DNA of 64,000 bases from Bacteroidota bacterium. Lineage in GTDB: Bacteria; Bacteroidota; Bacteroidia; UKL13-3. The position numbers and the translations under genes were made by a program. Location: NCBI GenBank assembly GCA_947457395.1, contig CANGVA010000001.1, positions 195,687-259,686 on the forward strand. Reading direction: 5' to 3'. This document shows positions 1 through 7,621 of this stretch, piece after piece (the first letter of the stretch is position 1; every line of letters starts with the position of its first letter). The notes under the pieces are model-generated. The model was not told the DNA's origin and did not search any database. It saw only the letters and a program-made list of their open reading frames with translations.

Positions 1-195
1 TAAACGTAGTAGCTGAATATGATTAACCGATAACATAAGGTGAAAGTAATACTTATTCTTAATCTTTGCTTAAAAAATAATATTAAGAAAAATTAAAGAA
101 GTCTGTAACGCCTGATTTTAAACGATTTTGAAGGCTTTTATAATCTGTTTACATATGATTGAGCGGCTACTGTAAAGAAAGCATTCAGGATTTCA

Positions 196-203
196 TAACT
201 TTG
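196..203 (+). promoter_or_regulatory. candidate -7 promoter element TAACTTTG (Bacteroidota sigma-A TAnnTTTG consensus), 22 nt upstream of the response-regulator start
   Basis: Motif match seen in sequence. No -33 TTG at the canonical 17-23 nt spacing. Confidence 0.25.
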
Positions 204-225
204 AAAAAGCTAATTATTAAAGCTT

Positions 226-945
226 ATGCAAAAGGAACAATTACCTCATTTGCTTTTGGTTGAAGATGAAACTACGTTGGGTTATTTTTTAAAGGAACGA
301 CTTAAACTCAGTGGTTATAGCATTAATCTTTGCCGTGATGGTGAAGAGGGTTGGAATACATTTAAAACAGAAAAATTTGATTTATGTATTTTGGATGTAA
401 ACATGCCGAAAAAGAGTGGATATGAATTGGCAAAGGATATCAGAGGTATTAATCCGTTTGTTCCGATTATTTTTTTAACAGCCAATTCAGCTGAGGAAGA
501 TCGTTTAAAAGGATTTGAACTTGGTGCTGACGAATATATTGTAAAGCCTTTTAGCACTGATGAACTTGTTGCACGCATCAAAGCAATACTCAGAAGATCT
601 CAGTATGCACCTCCTGTAATTAACCCAAAGGAGGAAATAAGAAAAATTGGAAATCTGGAAGTAGATTTTATTAATCATTGCATTAAAATTAATGGTAGTG
701 AGAAAAGAATGAGTACAACAGAGGCTGAATTATTTAAACTCTTTATTGAGCATAAAAATAATTTATTAACACGCAATTCTATTCTAATAAATGTTTGGGG
801 GCGTGATGATTACTATACTGCACGCAATCTGGATGTATATATTAATAAGTTACGAAAAATTTTAAAGGAAGATCCTTTGCTTGAAATAGTGAATATTCAC
901 GGTGCAGGGTTTAAACTTGTAGAAAATATTGCCAACCGGAAGTGA
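226..945 (+). CDS. OmpR/PhoB-type two-component response regulator (receiver domain plus winged-helix DNA-binding domain)
   Basis: Receiver motifs are LLLVEDE and LDVNMP (phospho-Asp region), with a C-terminal winged-helix trans_reg_C-like segment. The 4-nt ATGA overlap with the downstream kinase gene suggests translational coupling. Confidence 0.85.
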   Translation: MQKEQLPHLLLVEDETTLGYFLKERLKLSGYSINLCRDGEEGWNTFKTEKFDLCILDVNMPKKSGYELAKDIRGINPFVPIIFLTANSAEEDRLKGFELGADEYIVKPFSTDELVARIKAILRRSQYAPPVINPKEEIRKIGNLEVDFINHCIKINGSEKRMSTTEAELFKLFIEHKNNLLTRNSILINVWGRDDYYTARNLDVYINKLRKILKEDPLLEIVNIHGAGFKLVENIANRK

Positions 946-2984
946 AACACATACTGCTGCTTTTAAGCCTCACTATATTTTATTTTAGCTGCACTTTTGC
1001 GCAAGGCTTTAATAAGGATAGTATCTTACAGATAGCACAACATGCTCCTGATAAAGAGAAGCAGCAAGCATTACAACTCCTCATTCTATATTATAAAAAC
1101 AATGATCCGCAAACTGCTCTTCAATATGTGATGCAACAGATTGAGGTTAGCCAGCGCATAAATGATGAGGCCACATTAGCAAAAGCATATCAGAATGCAG
1201 GCATACTTAGTTTCAGGGTAGGTAATTTTCAGCGGGCAAAAGAATTTTACCTGCAGGCACTCGAAAAATTTACACAACAGCGAAATACCGATGCGCAAAA
1301 TGAAGTAAACAGCTATTTGGGTGCCGTTTATTATGCAAACGGGAATTTGCCACTTGCTGCAGAAACCTACCTGAAGGCCCTGCGCTATTATGAGGAAAAG
1401 AATGATAAGGCCGCACTGCTTAATATTTTAAGTTCACTTGGAAGCATTTATTCCAGACAAAATAATTTTTCAAAGGCTTTGGAGTATAACCTCAGGGCTT
1501 TGCGCATTTACGAAGAATCTTCTGATCGTTTCCGCACGCTTGTTGGATATGATAATATTGGCAACATATACCTTCGGCAAGGTAATTTACAGAAAGCAGA
1601 AGAGTTTTTTAATAAATCATTAAAGGTATACCGTGAGCTAAATAACAAGGCAGGTGAAGCAACTACACTTTATCAACTTGGTACCATTGCCGATAAGCAG
1701 AATGATATAGAGCAATCCATCGCATACTACGGGCAATCCATTGAAATGGCAAAAGCTATTAAAGCACAACCCATGCAGGCTACAGCTGAGCTTGCGCTGG
1801 CTAATAACCTGAGTAAAATTAAACTGTATCAGCAGGCTATTACTTCCTATCAAAATGCCATACGCTTGGCAAAACAACTGGAGATGAAAATTGAGCTGGA
1901 GGAAGCTTATAGGGGTATTTCACAGGCATATGCTGCTGTTAAGCAACAGCAGAAGGCCACAACATTTGGTGAATTGAGCCGTGAACTAAAGGATTCATTA
2001 TACAACGATAGCAATATTAAAAAATTAGCTGATTTACAGCTGGTGTATGAAACGGAAAAAAAGCAACAGCAAATAGAATTGCTATCTAAAGAGCAGCAAT
2101 TGCAGGAGCTGGAACTAAAGCGTGAGCGGGAGTCGAAGAATTTTTGGGCTTATGCCTCTGTTGCATTGGCTTTTATTTTTGTGGTGCTCATTTATTTCTC
2201 TATACAAAACAAACGTATAGCCAATAACCTGCGCAGGCAAAAAGAAGTGCTGGAGCAAAAAAACAGAGAAGTGCTGGAGCAAAAAGAGCAACTAAACCAG
2301 CTGAATAATGTAAAGGATCGTTTCTTTTCCATCATCTCGCATGATTTAAGAAATAACCTTGCTACGATGAAGTTGTATTTTGATTTAATCAGCCATCCGG
2401 ATTATAAGCCTGCAGATCATACCGAAGCAACAAGGCAGATTTCTGCATCGGTGGAAAATACCATTGATTTGCTGGAGAATTTGCTGGTATGGGCTTCTGC
2501 TCAAATTAAAGGTGTGCCTATTCATATTCAAAAACTCAATATCCATTCGCTGATTGAGGGTAATATCAATTTAGTGGCAGGCAATGCGCATCAAAAGAAT
2601 ATCAGCATTATCAATGCATCATCGGAACACGCAACAGCCATGGGGGATATTGATATGATACATCTGGTATTGCGTAACCTTATTTCCAATGCCATTAAGT
2701 TTACCAATGATGGCGGAAAAATTGAAATAAGCAGCAAGGAGAGAAATGGCAGACAAATAATCTGCATTCAGGATAATGGGGTTGGCATTAGCAAAGAAAA
2801 TCTTGCAAAACTTTTCGATCAGCATTTACACCCAAGTACCAAGGGCACAGGTAATGAAAAGGGCACGGGGCTAGGATTAATGCTTTGTAAAGATTTTATG
2901 GAGCGCAACCAGGGCTCTATTAGAGTGGAGAGTGAAAAAGGCAAGGGTACGTCATTTTATATAGAACTACCTATAGCCGGCTAA
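942..2984 (+). CDS. Sensor histidine kinase with a signal peptide, about 11 TPR repeats, a coiled coil, one TM helix, and HisKA plus HATPase_c domains
   Basis: The H-box SHDLRNNL, N-box NAIKFT, G1 box DNGVGI and G2 box GTGLGL are all present. Repeated AxxYxxxG TPR-like units occur in the N-terminal 400 aa. A hydrophobic stretch sits near aa 400. Confidence 0.85.
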   Translation: MKHILLLLSLTIFYFSCTFAQGFNKDSILQIAQHAPDKEKQQALQLLILYYKNNDPQTALQYVMQQIEVSQRINDEATLAKAYQNAGILSFRVGNFQRAKEFYLQALEKFTQQRNTDAQNEVNSYLGAVYYANGNLPLAAETYLKALRYYEEKNDKAALLNILSSLGSIYSRQNNFSKALEYNLRALRIYEESSDRFRTLVGYDNIGNIYLRQGNLQKAEEFFNKSLKVYRELNNKAGEATTLYQLGTIADKQNDIEQSIAYYGQSIEMAKAIKAQPMQATAELALANNLSKIKLYQQAITSYQNAIRLAKQLEMKIELEEAYRGISQAYAAVKQQQKATTFGELSRELKDSLYNDSNIKKLADLQLVYETEKKQQQIELLSKEQQLQELELKRERESKNFWAYASVALAFIFVVLIYFSIQNKRIANNLRRQKEVLEQKNREVLEQKEQLNQLNNVKDRFFSIISHDLRNNLATMKLYFDLISHPDYKPADHTEATRQISASVENTIDLLENLLVWASAQIKGVPIHIQKLNIHSLIEGNINLVAGNAHQKNISIINASSEHATAMGDIDMIHLVLRNLISNAIKFTNDGGKIEISSKERNGRQIICIQDNGVGISKENLAKLFDQHLHPSTKGTGNEKGTGLGLMLCKDFMERNQGSIRVESEKGKGTSFYIELPIAG

Positions 2985-3008
2985 CAGTAAATCTGTTATT
3001 TTTTTTTC
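2983..3008. terminator. Bidirectional intrinsic-terminator-like hairpin (AACAG-taaat-CTGTT followed by T9) shared by the convergent kinase and DUF2480-like genes
   Basis: Inverted repeat followed by a T-run, seen in sequence. It overlaps both stop codons, so the T-run also encodes the C-terminal KKK of the minus-strand gene. Confidence 0.35.
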
Positions 3009-3511
3009 ATAACCGGAACATTGCTGCATGCCTCACCATACATGATGCTTTTTACATAAGGCGCAAGCCGGTGCGTGATTTCAACATAGGCGCTTACGGG
3101 CACAGGTATTTCTCCGCAACCTTTCACAATGACTCTTGCATCGCGTAGCGCTTCTAAATTAATTTTATTTAGTGCATCATTAAACAAGGCCCACTCCAGT
3201 GTTTGTAAATTGCCAAAAACATAACGGTTGGCATATGGTTCAGCAGCAACAGACAGGAGCATATAAGCCCATGTGGGAATAATGGCATCTGCACTGCAAG
3301 CGAAGGCAATATTTTTTCCTGCATATTGGCTCCAGTTATGTTGTTTTACGTATTCTCTAAATTCTTTTTCCTTTAATATAGCCTCTCTAAAAAGCCATGG
3401 TTTGATATCAAACAACACACGTTCTCCCGGATGATAGTAGGTTTCCAGATCAATGGTAATTAATCCGCTGTTTGCTACACGGTTTTCTTTGGGTTTTAGT
3501 TCCGGCTCCAT
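2996..3511 (-). CDS. Hypothetical protein of a Bacteroidota-restricted family (DUF2480-like), 171 aa
   Basis: Complete ORF with genome-typical GC and no catalytic motif recognised. Family assignment is from memory of similar ~170-aa Flavobacteriia proteins. Confidence 0.5.
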   Translation of the reverse strand: MEPELKPKENRVANSGLITIDLETYYHPGERVLFDIKPWLFREAILKEKEFREYVKQHNWSQYAGKNIAFACSADAIIPTWAYMLLSVAAEPYANRYVFGNLQTLEWALFNDALNKINLEALRDARVIVKGCGEIPVPVSAYVEITHRLAPYVKSIMYGEACSNVPVMKKK

Positions 3512-3544
3512 AGCGGCAAAGATATACTGACAACTTAAATTATT

Positions 3545-3901
3545 TTATTTTAGGCTTTTATCTTCTAGTATTTTAATTAAGCTTTCTATTTGTTTTTCTT
3601 TAGATATAAGGCAGTTTCTTAAGAAATCGTTGTCTTGTTTTAGATAATTTAGCAAATCTAAGTCACTTTTATCAGCCAATTTATCTTCAGCGTCAAATAA
3701 TTTATTTAGGTTAACTTCATATAGTTTAGAGATGAGTTGCAACCTTTCTGAATTTAATTTTCTTTCCCCTCTCTCTATCCGTCCATAACTTGTTGTATCA
3801 ATTCCTAAATAATCTGCCACATCAGCTTGGGTGTAACCATGTTTTTTTCGTAGCAATATTAAGTTTTCTTTAAGTCCCATACCAGTTACGAAGCTACTCA
3901 C
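3545..3901 (-). CDS. XRE-family helix-turn-helix transcriptional regulator with a C-terminal coiled-coil tail
   Basis: Cro/C1-type HTH signature at LRKKHGYTQADVADYLGIDTTSYGRIERGER. Low-GC gene divergent from the T9SS cargo gene at 4037. Start may instead be M8 at 3880. Confidence 0.75.
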   Translation of the reverse strand: MSSFVTGMGLKENLILLRKKHGYTQADVADYLGIDTTSYGRIERGERKLNSERLQLISKLYEVNLNKLFDAEDKLADKSDLDLLNYLKQDNDFLRNCLISKEKQIESLIKILEDKSLK

Positions 3902-4036
3902 CTGAAAAACAATAAAATAGGCTTAAAAAGCATATAAAAACGACAAAAAAGCATATTTGTGTGCTATTAATGAATTCTTTTTACGAGTTTTGAAATGTTT
4001 GATACACTATTTTATACATTCTTAAATCCATTATTT

Positions 4037-5125
4037 ATGAAAACATTTAAACGAGTTAGCCAAGGCTTGATTTTTTTAAGCTTGATTTTCGGCTTTAAAT
4101 TAGCCAATGCACAATGCACACCATGCAAAGAGACTGTAACTGAACACTACTTCCGAAAGGTGCTATGTGATTGGCAAGGAACTGATGGTGCTGGGCAAAA
4201 TCTTAATATTCCTGGAAAACTATGGTTAGATATAAGATATAAGGTAATCATTTGTGGGCAGTGCACAACTATTCAATTAACCCATTCAACCTTCTCGGCT
4301 TTATTTTCAAGTTGGGGATATGTTGGCGATTATTTAAATTGTGATCCAAATTATCAAAAACTAGATCCAAGAATACCATCACCATCACATCCTGATGCAC
4401 AAAGTTGGTGGCTCTCTACAATACTACAGATGATTAAGGAACACGGAGCTCCTAACGCTAATTGTCAAACCGGGCGGATCATTGACTACCCAAGCGGATG
4501 CTATGAAATCAAGGAGGTTATGTATCCACAAGGAACTCAAATTAGGATTGAAGGAGGGGATGGTGGACAAGCAACGTATACTGATATTGGCGGTACTCCT
4601 ATTTTGGTTATGGAACCTTGCATAGGAGCTGGCTGCTGCAAAATTAGGTATCAACCAAATGGAGATGGAACTTATCAAGCAGTTGTGCATGAACAAGAAC
4701 CATGCTCAGGTGCGCCAAATACTAACCCGCCAACTATTTCAACAATATTAGACGATGGCACGGTCGTTACTTATACAGGCAATGTTATTAGTTCGACCGG
4801 TTGCAAATCTGCTTGCTCTGCCAATCCAAATTTTTTAGGTAAAAGACAGGTAATTACTATTTCAACAAATGAGAAAGAGACTAAGGTAGAAAATGAAATG
4901 ATATTAAGTGCCTACCCAACTCCGTTTAATGATGTTATTAAAATTAACACAACACAGAAGATAAAGAAAATTTTATTCTACAATATGAATGGACAAGTTG
5001 TTTTAGAAATTACATCGCCAGAATCCTATACAATAAATACTTCTAGCATCAGATCGGGAATGTATTTTATGCAAGTTTGGAATGAAAAGGAGGAGGTGAA
5101 AACCATAAAACTAATTAAGAGATAG
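4037..5125 (+). CDS. Secreted cysteine-rich protein of unknown function with a T9SS type-A C-terminal sorting domain (Por_Secre_tail)
   Basis: Signal peptide MKTFKRVSQGLIFLSLIFGFKLANAQ. Start adjusted from the longest ORF (3995) to the ATG at 4037. About 16 Cys in the mature N-terminal domain. The last ~75 aa (ILSAYPTPFNDVIKI...MYFMQVWNEKEEVKTIKLIKR) match the type-A CTD pattern. Confidence 0.7.
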   Translation: MKTFKRVSQGLIFLSLIFGFKLANAQCTPCKETVTEHYFRKVLCDWQGTDGAGQNLNIPGKLWLDIRYKVIICGQCTTIQLTHSTFSALFSSWGYVGDYLNCDPNYQKLDPRIPSPSHPDAQSWWLSTILQMIKEHGAPNANCQTGRIIDYPSGCYEIKEVMYPQGTQIRIEGGDGGQATYTDIGGTPILVMEPCIGAGCCKIRYQPNGDGTYQAVVHEQEPCSGAPNTNPPTISTILDDGTVVTYTGNVISSTGCKSACSANPNFLGKRQVITISTNEKETKVENEMILSAYPTPFNDVIKINTTQKIKKILFYNMNGQVVLEITSPESYTINTSSIRSGMYFMQVWNEKEEVKTIKLIKR

Positions 5126-5137
5126 GGTGCCTTCAAA

Positions 5138-5175
5138 AGAGTTAGGGTTGTATTTTTAACTCTAACTCTTTTTAT
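5138..5175 (+). terminator. Terminator-like hairpin (AGAGTTAG ... CTAACTCT followed by T5) downstream of the type-A cargo gene
   Basis: Perfect 8-bp inverted repeat with a 16-nt loop followed by TTTTT, seen in sequence. Confidence 0.3.
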
Positions 5176-5182
5176 TAAATTT

Positions 5183-7549
5183 GTGAATATTATGTTAAGC
5201 AGAAGTATCATATTTATTTTCTATCAAATATGCTTCACTACCATAATTTATTCACAAGCTATTGTTGGCGCAGAGATTTTTGGCAGTTCAAGCACAACAC
5301 CTTTGTATAGTCATCATTTGGGGCAACGTACTTTTTTTGATAATGAAGGATACAGATATACGGCTATTGCAACATCAGATAGTATTGTTTACTTAGATAG
5401 TGCAGGCTCCAAAATAGCCATCCAAATACATATCCCTATTCAAGACGTTGGGAGTTACAATGATGTTGGACTTTTAATCCTAGTATATAGTCCTCAAGGC
5501 AGATATTTAAATCATGTTCAGATTATTGCCAGGCATAATAGTGTAACTTATGATGGAGTACCAAGTATAGATGACTATCCTGGGGCTTTTTTTTTCTCGC
5601 AAAGCGTATATGCAAACTGCCAAGATGGAGATATAGCTTTTGGAGTGGCCCACAGAGGGGCAGATACTTTTGACCTCTATAACAACAATGGGCAGCTATT
5701 TGCAAGTTATACCAATATGCCAATGCGGGACACAACCATGCTCATAATTGGTAAATTTAATAAAGGTGGTTTTTTTAAGTGGGCTTATACCATTAACAGA
5801 GAATCAACTTACCAATCAGTTCGCATCAATAAAATTATTAATAGATCAATAAGAGGAATCGCACCTTTAAATTCAGGTAAAATTGCATTTGATTTGGAAT
5901 TATTTGATATGTATCAACCTTACTTGGATACATTAATTTTAAGAGACCAATACAGCAAAAGAATAATTATACCAATAAATAGTAATGATATTACATTAAA
6001 CATAACTTCTGATGGTGCGTTTTCTGGTGCCAATGATGCGTTTCCTTTTCTTTATAAAAATACAGCCAATAACGTTGCGGTGCAGCAAACTGTTACAGAC
6101 GGAGTGAGTAAATACAGTTTAATCAAAACAAACCTAATACTAATTGATTTATTGCACCAACATCTAATTGACACGGGTCAAAGGGTTTATCTGATAAAGC
6201 GAGACTCATTAGATAAAGTAGAATGGGTATATGATATAGGCAAGGGAAGCTCAGGCTTTTACCAATTGGCACTAAACAAAACGGCAACAGAAATATGTGT
6301 GGGATTTAGTTATGCAACGTTTGATTTTGAATTTAAACAGCCAATTAGTAAGCCATCTTTAATTTGGTATAGCTTATACTTAGGCAAATTTAGCACTGCT
6401 GGTTCAGCGCTTTGGCAAAAGGCTAATTATATTGGCCATTTTTATTTAAAAGGTTTGAATTATGATTATAACAATGGCTTGGTGATAGCTGCACGAACCG
6501 ATTATTTCACAACTAATAAAATAGACTCAGTTCACTTTAATGTACCCAATTATTACAAAAATGAATTTGTTGCGTTTTTTGACTCAACCCATGCTTGCAA
6601 AGAAGTACTGCAGCTTGAATTTGCAAACCAAATTCACGATTTTGGATCTGACCTTATGGCTATTACTATCACTATCAATGGAGATTTTTTTAACAGATAT
6701 TATCCGGGCATAGGTCATTCTTTTATCAATAAAGAAGGGGTAGCCTATATAACAGGTTATATGTCGGATAGCTTAAAAATAAACTGTAATAATTATCTAT
6801 ATACGTTATCAGGCAAGAGGAAATTTCCTTACGCAGATGGTAGGGATGCATATGTTATACAAGTAAGGCCAAGTGTTACGTTTAAGCAAATAGATAGCTC
6901 TTCTTGCAAACCTGTTCTATCTTTAAGTGGCAAGTATACTTATGACACCACAGGTGTTTATTTAGACACCGTAATTTCTGTAAGAACTTGTGATACACTT
7001 AAAACGGTATACACACTTTCAATTAATATCAAACCCTTACAGTTAACCATAGATAAATCTAATGATATTAGTTGCGATTCTCCGTTTGCTGTATTAACTG
7101 CTACAGGTGGAAATAGTATTGAATGGTTTCCTCAGGATTTTCTATCAAGCACTGATAATTTTAATACAACTACTTATACTACAAAGCCAATTACCTACTA
7201 CGTTAAGGTAGAAGACAGTTTAGGGTGTAAAGCATCTGATAGTATCTTTATTAATACTTTTGTTTCTGATTCTGCCAAGAGCATACCAAATGTTTTTACT
7301 CCTAATGATGATGGCATCAATGATTGTTTTGGGTTTTCTTATTTAGGAAACCTGCAGGATATTGATGTTAAATTTTATAATAGGTGGGGTAATTTTATTT
7401 ATCAGATTAATAAACAGGAAACCTGCTGGAAAGGCAAAAACATGGTAGGTGATGATCTTACTAGTGGTACCTATTATTATATTTTGAAGGCGACAAATAG
7501 CTGTGGAATTGAGCAAAGGGAAACAGGATCAATTACGTTAATTAGGTGA
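5183..7549 (+). CDS. 788-aa secreted protein with a large N-terminal domain of unknown function, an Ig-like region and a T9SS type-B CTD (gliding motility-associated C-terminal domain)
   Basis: The C-terminus PNVFTPNDDGINDCFGF...YNRWGNFIYQ...GTYYYILKATNSCG is the hallmark of the type-B CTD. N-terminal signal peptide present. Confidence 0.75.
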   Translation: MNIMLSRSIIFIFYQICFTTIIYSQAIVGAEIFGSSSTTPLYSHHLGQRTFFDNEGYRYTAIATSDSIVYLDSAGSKIAIQIHIPIQDVGSYNDVGLLILVYSPQGRYLNHVQIIARHNSVTYDGVPSIDDYPGAFFFSQSVYANCQDGDIAFGVAHRGADTFDLYNNNGQLFASYTNMPMRDTTMLIIGKFNKGGFFKWAYTINRESTYQSVRINKIINRSIRGIAPLNSGKIAFDLELFDMYQPYLDTLILRDQYSKRIIIPINSNDITLNITSDGAFSGANDAFPFLYKNTANNVAVQQTVTDGVSKYSLIKTNLILIDLLHQHLIDTGQRVYLIKRDSLDKVEWVYDIGKGSSGFYQLALNKTATEICVGFSYATFDFEFKQPISKPSLIWYSLYLGKFSTAGSALWQKANYIGHFYLKGLNYDYNNGLVIAARTDYFTTNKIDSVHFNVPNYYKNEFVAFFDSTHACKEVLQLEFANQIHDFGSDLMAITITINGDFFNRYYPGIGHSFINKEGVAYITGYMSDSLKINCNNYLYTLSGKRKFPYADGRDAYVIQVRPSVTFKQIDSSSCKPVLSLSGKYTYDTTGVYLDTVISVRTCDTLKTVYTLSINIKPLQLTIDKSNDISCDSPFAVLTATGGNSIEWFPQDFLSSTDNFNTTTYTTKPITYYVKVEDSLGCKASDSIFINTFVSDSAKSIPNVFTPNDDGINDCFGFSYLGNLQDIDVKFYNRWGNFIYQINKQETCWKGKNMVGDDLTSGTYYYILKATNSCGIEQRETGSITLIR

Positions 7550-7621
7550 TTCATTTATTCCAATAAAGAATAACTTGAATGTGTAATTACGTTTACCATT
7601 TTAGTTAAGAAAGAAGAAGAT

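Noticed and set aside
315-581. Minus-strand 88-aa ORF inside the response-regulator gene, plus similar embedded ORFs (1438..1623, 1638..1877, 2619..2825, 4424..4696, 5523..5735, 8007..8237, 8287..8619, 10018..10299, 11527..11787, 23164..24501, 31070..31801, 36071..37849, 46867..48090, 50702..51094, 54832..55155, 55813..56089, 60233..62234, 63010..63264)
   Set aside because: Each is fully contained within, or antisense to, a longer ORF with clear homology-type motifs. None has a recognisable domain.
2244-2290. Direct repeat GAAGTGCTGGAGCAAAAA x2 as a regulatory repeat
   Set aside because: It lies in frame within the kinase coding region and encodes a duplicated EVLEQK coiled-coil heptad. It is not intergenic.
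3902-4036. Promoter -7 box in the XRE/cargo divergent region (GCATATTTG)
   Set aside because: On inspection it does not satisfy TAnnTTTG in any register, so it was not called.
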